This document shows, in pieces, positions 21,738 to 30,418 of a stretch of DNA of 30,418 bases. The stretch comes from Selaginella moellendorffii. Its lineage: Eukaryota; Plantae; Lycopodiophyta. Positions within the stretch are counted from its first letter, which is position 1. The number at the start of each line of letters is the position of its first letter. The stretch is from contig NW_003314471.1 of the NCBI RefSeq assembly GCF_000143415.4, forward strand, positions 23,553-53,970, given 5' to 3'. The notes below the pieces were generated by a model that ran no database searches, had not been told where the DNA came from, and worked only from the letters and a program-made list of their open reading frames with translations. A program made the translations under genes and the position numbers.

Positions 21738-22680
21738 TCACGCCTCCTCTGATTCAGATTCGGATTGTTCACCTTGAAATAAAATACATTAGAAACTTAG
21801 TAAAGGAATATTCATGAATCTCACCTTGAACCCGGGTTATGAATGCTTTTGCTGCATCTCTTGCATGGTCTGGCAAGGTGATGGTGGCACTCTGCTTCCG
21901 CATCCAACCATGCACAACATTATCCACCGATATGCTCATGCTGGGATCCCTTGGATTCAGCACCCATCTCTTTTCTAGGCAATCCTTCGTATATCCGGAA
22001 CTTGGCTTGAACCACTCCACAGTTACATTGAAGGAGTTAGTTTCCGCGTCCTCCTCTGCATCAATGATGCAGCGCCCCACCCATATCATTTGTTTTTTAT
22101 TACTGGGTCTGACAAGCACGACCATTCCTTTGCAGACCTGTACTGGATTGAATGCTGAATCCGGCTTCTTGTTCCTCGGCCCACAATAGTGATCCTCAAC
22201 ATCATTATCTGTCACTGCATTTCCAGAGGACATTGTTCCGCTACTATCTGGTGCTCTGGGTTCTGGCCAAAAGGACTCTTCCAATTCTTCATATACAACC
22301 GGCCCATTTTGGATAGCAGATATAATCTTCTCCCAGTATTTGAGCAAAGGCTTGCACCTCTGAAAATAGGATTCTCCACCAAACACCAACCCCCTCTTCC
22401 AGAAGGCAATATGCTGTCTAATCCCGGCCACTATACTTTCCTGGTCTTTGAGTCCATCCGGGTGCATCGGCCGTGGGGAACCCTGAGGAATCATAGGTTC
22501 CCCAGTTATGGGATCTCTCTTGAAGAGTTCAATGCCGTCCACTGGCAGCCACACTGTGTCCCATTCTCTCATCTTGTACCTCATCACTGGAGCACCGTCA
22601 CACATGCTGAAATGAAACTGAAGAGGCTTGGAGTGGCCAATCAGCGTTTCGGATCCGTCCCTGATGTAGCCTCTTATACC
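21738..22680 (-). pseudogene. C-terminal remnant of a probable DDE-type transposase (DUF7869/Sola-like); catalytic core not present
   Basis: ~285 open codons (GYIRDGSETLIGHSKPLQFHF..PVMRYK..WLP) plus a predicted 52-nt intron (21773-21824) and last exon GEQSESESEEA*. Family assignment is from recalled motif resemblance only. Confidence 0.5.
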
Positions 22681-22962
22681 ATACAAAAATATATACAATT
22701 GCAGCAAGGCAAAAGGAATATGGCAATAGGCTAGTAGGGGCCAAAGATGGCATGAGGCCTCATGCCATCTTGATATACACACAGTTGCAGGCAAGTAAAA
22801 ACATACATGACAATACGCTAGCCATGAAATTGCAAGGGCCCAAGATGGCATGTGGCCTCATGCCATTTCTAAATGTGGTCCTAAGCCATTCCATGGTGAA
22901 CATACCAGGAAGCACAAGTGCCGAATATCAAGAGGAAGCGGTAGCCACACCAAAGACAGTGT

Positions 22963-23030
22963 CGCTCGCAACACCGCAACTACTCGTAGCGCCGCTCGCA
23001 ACACCGCAACTGCTCGTAGCGCCGCTCGCA
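22963..23030. repeat. 30-bp tandem repeat (about 2.3 copies) within a CGCTCGCA-rich tract
   Basis: CGCTCGCAACACCGCAACTRCTCGTAGCGC twice, then CGCTCGCA. Confidence 0.85.
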
Positions 23031-23889
23031 CAAACTGCCACTCGCATAAACTGCCGCTCGCAATGGCGCTCGCAATGCTACAACCGCTCGTAGACGCATA
23101 AACCACAGCCCACAACGCCGCTTACACAAGCAGCGCTCACTGCGCTCAGCGGAACCAAGAACACGGCGCACAAAAATGATAGACCTAGGAATGATTTTGA
23201 GAATTCAAAAATAACACACGCTTGAACGTCACATCAAATCCTCTGACAAACCAGATCTTATGATTCCTCTGACAAATTTCAAACTGAGTAGCTTCTAGAC
23301 TTTGCTGTCGAAGGTTGAACTTTGTCACATCATGTCCTTGCCTCGATCCAGCTGTGCCATGTCAGTGATTCAAACTTTGCCATGCCATGTCAGCGATCCG
23401 CGCCAAGATTATTCGCCGTGTAAAGGAATAATTATGCTGTGTGTGTACGTCCATTTATGGCAATATAAGGCCACACGCCATTCAAAGAATAATGCTAGTC
23501 GAGCATTTTTTGGTGCATTTTTGGGTTCAAAATTGCATGAGCCCACACGCTATAAAGTTTACCTGTACCAAAAATAGAAACAGCTTTATTTACTTGGGAA
23601 TTTAAGTGGTTGAGGCATTTTTAAACTTACAAACATATGCCCTACTTACATTCCTTTGGTTGCTTAAAATTCAAAAATATTATAAACCTTTCTTTTTGCA
23701 TTTTCAATGTTTTCAATTATGGTTTTTGATTTTCGCAGGACCAGCCTAGTAATCTATTTGCATCCCGTCATGTTTATAGCTAGCTTTCGTTTGTCCCCTT
23801 CGCTAGCCTGAGATACATTTGCTCGGCATCTGCCTCTTACAGCATTTGCCCAGAAAGGGCATCTTTCTTCACGCAGCATTTGCCACATG

Positions 23890-23915
23890 TTTAGGGTTTA
23901 GGGTTTAGGGTTTAG
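23890..23915 (+). repeat. Interstitial plant-type telomeric repeat (TTTAGGG)3 TTTAG
   Basis: Read directly from the sequence. Confidence 0.9.
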
Positions 23916-25745
23916 CAATTCAGTAGCTTGATAAACATGCAAATACAGAACTTGATGCAAAATCCTTTGATATGTCACAATGCCCCTAGGACCATAAACA
24001 CATTTCAATAGAGAGGGTCCTTTCATTTCATAACTCCTTACGTAGATCTTGGTGAAACTAGAGTTAGTGAAGTTAGTTTCTTGTGATCCCGCATCTGATT
24101 GTGATGTCCCTTTGCAGTGTCAATGGAAAGGTCAATGCACACCAAATTGTAAAATCTTGGAGCAAAATAACGGTCGAATCTATGGCAAATGCCCCTGAAA
24201 CATTGTAAGGCTCGTGTGGTCTCATGTGGTGTCCGATCGAGATGCTTCTTTGCAGGGTCATCAAGAAAGACATTGTATACCATTCTGTAAAATCTAGTTG
24301 CGATCTAACGGTTGGATCTCCAGAAAACTCAAAAAAATCTCGCGCGTGTCAGAATATTCTAGGAATATACTCCTATGTGCCCCTGAAAATGGCATGTGGC
24401 CCCACGCCATTCAAGAGATAATGCCAGATGACGCCGAGAATTTTTTGGTGCATTTTTTGGGTTCAAAATTGCATGAGCCCACACGCTATAAAGTTTATCT
24501 TTGCCAAATAGAGAAAAGTTTATCTGTGTCATGTGAGGTAGTTATTGTCCTTTGTGCTCGGCATCTACCTCTTGCAGCATTTGCACTGAAAGGGAATTTT
24601 TCTCCATTCAGCATTTGGCCCTGAAAATGGCATGCGCCCACACGCCATTCAAGGAATAATGCCACAGGACGCCTGGATTTTTGGGTTTAAAATGTTTAGG
24701 GTTTTTTGGGTTTTTTCAAAATATTTTGGGTCCAACGTTTTTTGGGTTTCTTTGGTTCAAAATTGCATGAGCCCACACGCTATAATATTGATTTGAGAGA
24801 AAAATAGAAACAGATAGAATTTCTTTATTTAGCTGAACATCTGCCATTTTTGGAAATACAAGATGCTTTGGAATATCCAATCATGCATGGTATAAATATA
24901 GCGAGGGTATTAAATGATATCCCAATCATGATCTTTCTTTTGGATTTCGCGTGCATGCAGTCCGAGGAATGATGACGTTGCGAATTTCTTTTGGATTTTG
25001 CGTGCTTGCATGCGCGCGGCAATCCAGAAATTAATGGTGGCGCCCAAGTCCGAGGAATGATGACGTGGTGGGATTACCAACCGTTGTGACATTTCGCGCG
25101 TGTGAGGTTAGGTTTTGCATTTTGCTTCGTACTCGCGCTCGCATCACACTCGCGCTCGCATCACGCTCCCACTCGCGATCACGCTCACATTCGCGCTCAT
25201 CTACCTTCTCTACAGGTTTCTTGTGTGCATCGGCGTCCACTCGCGCTTGCATCACACTCGCGCTCGCATCGCGCTCGTGTGCATCGGCGTCCACTTCAAG
25301 ACACACCCAGTTTGTAACTTCGCCGCCAACTCCGCCGCCCACTCCGCCACCCACACGTAGCCCACTTGGCGTCTCGGGAGATTTCAGCGCCACTCTCCAA
25401 CTGTAAGTGGCAGAGTAGCTTTGCTGCTACGATCCGCTGCACACACAGTGCACATTCGCCAGCGAGTCCGGCCTCAATTGTCACGGCCTCCATTCGGCTT
25501 CAAATGGTAAGTCTTTTAGGCCAAGTAGAAAATGGCATGAGGCCACATGCCATTCAGTAGCAACATTGGCATGCACTGATTGGGCTCTCGAGTGCAGTCC
25601 GGTTACAGATGGCATGTAGCCTCACGCCATCTTAGGATGCAGCCTCAAGACATCTGATGCAGTGGTGAATGGCGTGTGGCCTCACGTTATTTCCAGCTGC
25701 TAGCTTTTCATCTGTCAGCTCTAATTGTTGTGCATTTCTGAACAG

Positions 25746-28700
25746 GCGAGGAATTGCGTTCTTAACACTCAGCATCCATAACATTCTACTCGCGACAAAA
25801 GTTGTTTTTGACAAATGGGTAGATGTGCTGAGGAGGTACCATGACGGGGAGTTGCTAAACTCAATGGGTGTGGAGGACGGCCGGAAGCCCAATGATTTGA
25901 AGCTCAACGCCTTGCGTTTCTCGCGGTCTCTAGACGACGACAACCTTCTGACAGTGGCTAATGCTCTTCTACGTGGTGAGGTAGTCTTCAACAAGACCAA
26001 AATGACTCCCGGCCATATTGTGACATACGAGGACTTGTGCACGACTCTGAGAGCTCGTGCGCTATTGAAGGATTGGATCTTCGAGCAAGTGGCCGTGGAG
26101 AGGGTGAGCATCGACACCACGCAAGAGATGATGGAAGAGCTGGAGTTGTCAAATGAAGACATCGACGACTATGTGAAGGGGGCCCCCAAGTTCATCGATC
26201 TGCTGCGGGATGCCACGAAAAGTAAAGCTGAGAAGTTGGATCAGTATCCAAATTTCATTAAGAGGGATGTCGACCGCCGGCTTTAGAAACAGCTCGACCC
26301 CGCAGCAGAGGCCTATCGAGAACCTTACCGGGTATACGTGAATTTGGATGAGGATCAAAGGTGGAGGAGCATCGTTTCCCGCGGAGATGAGCAGGTCAAG
26401 AACATCTTTTGTGTGATGGACTTCACAAACGAGGAGATCACTCATGCAGACGAAGTCAGCTCCATCATTGACTTAATGGTGGGACTTGCGGAGGTGGAAT
26501 CTTCAGTCCACTATATGATCTACGACTCCGAATCCTATCACAAGTTCTAGAAGGCCTTGAACAAGGTGAAGGCTCGGTTGAAAGGCAAGGAGATGCGGGA
26601 GATCCATGGGATAATGGCTAAGAAGAAGATACTGACGAATGTCCGCATCTTCACACTCGCCCTTGTTATTGGTCCTGCAGCAGAGTGGGACTGGAGTGAC
26701 TTCCCAGCTTCGTTCAACAAGGCCGATCGAATTGATCTGAGGGAGGTCAATTTACCCGTGCCTGAGGAACTGAAGACGGCTATGGAGCTTTCGAATCCAA
26801 AGAAAGCTCCAGGTGCAGCATGGGAAATGCTCAGCTGGGTCTTCAACGCAATAGCGGGTGACTCCAAGGGCAAATGCGTTGTCGAGTACAACTGCAGCGG
26901 ACTATTCTTTCAAGCCGCACTACTCAAGGGTGTCCCGTGTGTTGCGGTGACAAACTCCATTGAAGAGGTGACTTCAATGGAGCATATAATTACAGTTGCC
27001 AAAGAAAAACAGTATCTTCTCTGCGAACCTGGTGAGTATGCACTTTAAGTTTAAATGTTATCTCACAAGCTCTATATGCAGGAGCATGGCCACCCCCAGA
27101 TGCTGAAACGGCGTTAACAGCTACTGATGTTAGGCCGAGCTCACAACCTGCACAAGGTAAGATCACGTGAGGCCTCACGCCATTTTGATTATAGATCGTT
27201 GTGAATATTCAAACATGAGGACTGAAAAGTGCACTGGTGGCGCGTCAAAGAAGGACAAACAGACAAGCAATAGGAAAAAAGGAGGTACAAATTATATTTG
27301 CAATGGCGTGTGGTCTCATGCCATTCCTTGCAGGAGACACTTCTTCAAAGGCAAAACAGGCAAGCACCAGCCAAGCTCAAACTGACAGTGGTCATAAAAA
27401 GTGAAAGCACGTTGGACAGTCGTCGGGATCAGAGGCGTTTGATTCGAAAAGGAAGAAGGGCAACGAAAAGATGATAGGTAATGCCTCGCGGTTATGGCGT
27501 GTGTGCTCATGCCATTCATTGCAGATCAAGGGCTAAGTGAAAGCAGCCAGTCACCACCTCCTGACTCAGATTCCTATGGCGGACTCCCCTTCCCCAATCT
27601 CAATGGAGAGGTACAATGGATGAGGGATGCTTTTCAAGTCAGGGCCACGTTTTTCTCATCTCGTCATCTTCGAAGGGTGCAAAAACGTGCAGAAACCATG
27701 TTAAGACAGTCGGGTGAGGATACGGTCCTAGGTCAAGCACTAAAACAGGCTATGGATGTCTTGTATTTTGAGATGGAGACTCGGCTAGATGATTTTCCCA
27801 AGATGGTCCTGGAAGAACAAGCCATCCAGCCTGAGCAGCCTATGGAAGAAATGCAGGAGGGGGATGAGGAGCCAGAGAAAGATAATGAGCAAGAAGAGCA
27901 GAAGGACGAAGAGGAGGACAAAGAAGAGGAGGACGAAGAAGAGGAGGACGAAGAAGAGGAGGACGAAGAGGACTTGGATGGTCCTCACAATGGTGACGAT
28001 CACAATAACGACGATGACGATGATGACGACGATGGCCAGCCTGAGGTGGCCAAAGAGCAGCGGAGGAAGGTCATACAAGACAAACCATCAGGTAAATAAT
28101 AGTACATCCATTCCTAACCTTTTACCATTTCTAACATTGTCCATGTAGGTCGCAGAAGAAATGGTAAGTAGAGATTATTCAGTTGAATTAAGATACAAAC
28201 TCTAGCCTTTAGTGTTGAGGAAGGATAGTGCCAAGCAAGGGTCGAAACGTATGTCCAATCCTTCAGAGTCAGCAGTGCGCCCAAGTGATATCGGTCCTAG
28301 TTCCTCAATAGCAGTTGATGGTAAATACAGTATAATCGATTCAATGTGCTAATGAGTTTGTTTTTAGTAGCACGGGAGGATACCATCTCAATCGAAGGGA
28401 GATATTTGGACATGCATATGGATCCGCCAGTGGACTCTACTTGCCTACAAGAGTCATCAGAGCTGGTGGAGGCTACTATCCATATCAACGCCAAGCAAGC
28501 TGACCACACTCCACTTGATGCTACCCATACCACTGAGTCAATCTTGTCCACGTATCCAATTGACGGTGACCAGGCGCCATTGGACCCGCATGAGGCCGCC
28601 CCAGCCGCCGAGCCGGTCGTATCCTCATTTCCAACGTGTGCCCAATCGTCTGACTACGCGCCATTGGAACCTCCCTACACCGCCCCTGCTGCTTGTTCGG

Positions 28701-29853
28701 TCATGTCCACTTTGCCAACGGAGGCACCAGCTGAAATGGCGTGTGATCACACGCCATCAGAACCACCCCATGCCACTATGGAGCCAGTTGTACCAGAGTC
28801 TACAGCTGAAATGGCATGTGCCCACACGCCATCGGATGCAATTGACCCCACATTGCAGAGGAGAGTATTTCCGCCCTTCACGTTTCCTCAACCAAAACCC
28901 TCTGAACGACCATCGGGAGCACCATTCGCTAATATTGTAGATGGTAAAATTGACTTGTACCATTTTTTATGCTGACGCATTTCATTTCAGAGTCACGGCG
29001 AAAGTACTGTATCGTTTTTGATCTGAACGGTGTCCTTTTCTCCCATGAGCGTGGCTCGTCCTCGAATGTCACTGCACCCTCCAAAGCCTGCGGTCGCAAG
29101 TTGGTCAAAAGAGACAGATTCACATTAATCACAGGGGAGAAACTGCGGGATCTAATAATGACCATGCAACACTTAAAACAGAGGGCCGGGTTCAATTTGC
29201 AATTGGGAGTTTGGACATCCATGATGCGCCACAATGCATTAACGTTGCTACAGATGATGCACGATCAGACGCGAGTAATATTACCATTTGACTTTCTCCT
29301 AACGCAGGAGGATTGCTTGACTATGGTCCATGTGAGGGGTAGCAAGCCCATCTTCGTCAAGCCAGAGGCTATAGTGATGAACCGGACTGCTAGGTCAAGT
29401 GAAATCCTCATCATCGATGACTCGCCGATTAAAACTGCAGCGAACACGCACACATATGCAGTGCACCCCATCTCTTGCAGTATGGAAACTAGGGAGAAGA
29501 AACCGTATGTTCTGGGGGACCTTGCAAAACGGCTTGGAGCGATGGTGATAGAGAACCGGCCAGTCCAGGAGGTGGCTGCAGAAATCAACCAAATGGCAGA
29601 TGGAACAGTATATCAGAAGCCATTTGATCGGACAAACACCAGTCATCATTTATGGCATGTATATTGTCTAGCCAAGCACTATCCGCATCTCCATAATCTG
29701 CTCAACCGGATGGGTTCTTCGACCACTGAACATGAGCGTGGACGTATTAGAGAAGAGATGGCATTACTATTGGGTTTAAATCCTAATAGTGTGGAGAGTG
29801 ATGAAATTCCAAGATTATTGTATAGGCGTTGGAGGCAAAAAATAACAGTCTGA
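25746..29853 (+). pseudogene. Multi-exon accessory gene of element E (~1,240 codons), ending in an FCP1/NIF HAD phosphatase-like domain
   Basis: Predicted exons 25746-27031, 27082-27156, 27195-27284, 27334-27477, 27525-28091, 28149-28163, 28213-28320, 28368-28943, 28991-29853 splice in frame via GT-AG. Nonsense codons at 26284, 26548 and 27402. Start not resolved (upstream donor at 25507). Confidence 0.75.
28991..29600 (+). CDS. FCP1/NIF-homology (HAD superfamily) domain in the last exon
   Basis: CIVFDLNGVL (motif I, DxN variant), GVWTS (motif II), TQEDC, KPIFVK (motif III), ILIIDDSPIK..AVHP (motif IV). Confidence 0.8.
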
Positions 29854-30271
29854 GATGGCATGTATTTATTTAAAAATGTAACTTATTATGGCATGGGGTT
29901 CCATGCCATTGTATTAATATTAAAAGACAATTCTTTGAGAGGATTTGCATTATACTAGAAGTGTTACAGCATGTTATTGGAAGTTTACGAAGTTGTTTTA
30001 TTAATAAGGGGAAAGTAAAGATTGAATGGGGACTTGGGCTCCACCTAGACTTGGAGCAACTGAGCCAATATTAAAAGGATGGAAAGAAATTGGACGACAA
30101 TGACAAAGAGAAGAGAGAGGTGAAGCAGTGGCAGGGGGAGGAGAAGTGATTGAGTAGACATTTCCTTGTTTAAAATAAAATGGCATGTGCCTCAATGCAG
30201 TTGAATTTTGTTATATTTATATACTATATAAAGGTTTGGAAACCTTATTTTACAAGTGGGATAATGACAAT

Positions 30272-30295
30272 TCCCACTTTAACGAAATAGAGCTT
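30272..30295 (-). repeat. Right TIR of element E
   Basis: TCCCACTTTAACGAAATAGAGCTT. Confidence 0.9.
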
Positions 30296-30418
30296 TTCCC
30301 GAGTGTTCAAAGAGAGGGCTTTGAACGAAAGTCAATGATTGAGGACTTTCACGCTTATGCACGAACCATGTTACAGTGGCCGGATGACTTGCTAAGTGAG
30401 ATTGGCAAGTCAGGGGGA

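Larger units (their letters stand above)
20408..30201. repeat. Dispersed 22-bp palindrome ATGGCRTG-N6-CAYGCCAT, about 24 copies
   Basis: Starts at 20408, 20724, 20813, 21411, 21571, 21717, 22747, 22845, 23457, 23532, 24389, 24468, 24627, 24762, 25532, 25609, 25669, 27162, 27303, 27494, 28736, 28811, 29888, 30180 (some degenerate). Confidence 0.92.
20182..30295. mobile_element. Element E: 10.1 kb TIR DNA transposon with 4-bp TSD (possibly Sola-like), probably non-autonomous
   Basis: TIRs 20182-20205 and 30272-30295 match at 23/24; TTCC duplicated at 20178-20181 and 30296-30299; the empty site is visible in paralog C at ~10433-10447. Confidence 0.9.
16345..30418 (+). mobile_element. Element D: second copy of the element C family, interrupted by E and running off the window
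   Basis: LTR, PBS and interior are collinear with the reverse complement of C up to 20181 and resume at 30300-30418 (matching ~10321-10440 reverse). Confidence 0.92.

Noticed and set aside
23890-23915. True chromosome end
   Set aside because: Under four units and embedded within a transposon
27785-28148. Hydrophobic (minus) and Lys/Arg-rich (plus) ORFs
   Set aside because: Alternative-frame readings of the GAR/GAY acidic tract in the accessory gene exon
20408-30201. CRISPR array or bacterial REP interpretation of the palindromes
   Set aside because: Spacing is irregular (tens of bp to over 1 kb), there are no cas genes, and the context is eukaryotic with spliceosomal introns
20182-30295. 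CACTA, hAT, Mutator or Helitron classification of E
   Set aside because: Termini and the 4-bp TSD do not fit, and no matching transposase or Rep/helicase motifs were seen

Overview
Eukaryotic, plant-type repeat DNA; no ordinary host gene was recognised. Five transposable elements are nested. (B) An old, degenerate Ty3/Gypsy element (5813-16344) is the host. (A) A Tcn1/Tf1-like chromovirus (1-5812) abuts what looks like B's 5' LTR remnant. It has gag, a -1 frameshift signal, PR-RT-RH-INT-chromodomain pol, a PPT, an LTR and a self-priming signature. (C) A complete minus-strand non-autonomous LTR element (6813-13699, ~1.7 kb LTRs, AAGGG TSD, iMet PBS) splits B's gag. (D) A plus-strand copy of the same family (16345 to beyond the window end) splits B's integrase. 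(E) A 10.1 kb DNA transposon (20182-30295, 24-bp TIRs, 4-bp TTCC TSD) splits D. E is the most interesting object. It carries a minus-strand probable transposase C-terminal remnant and a divergent ~1,240-codon multi-exon accessory pseudogene with tiny phase-1 introns, a possible degenerate DNA-methyltransferase-like fold and a C-terminal FCP1/NIF HAD phosphatase-like domain. It also carries about 24 copies of a 22-bp palindrome (ATGGCRTG-N6-CAYGCCAT) that I saw only inside E. TTTAGGG repeats, ~50-nt introns and the chromovirus type suggest a seed-free land plant such as a lycophyte (inference). All alignments were made by eye; no database searches were run.
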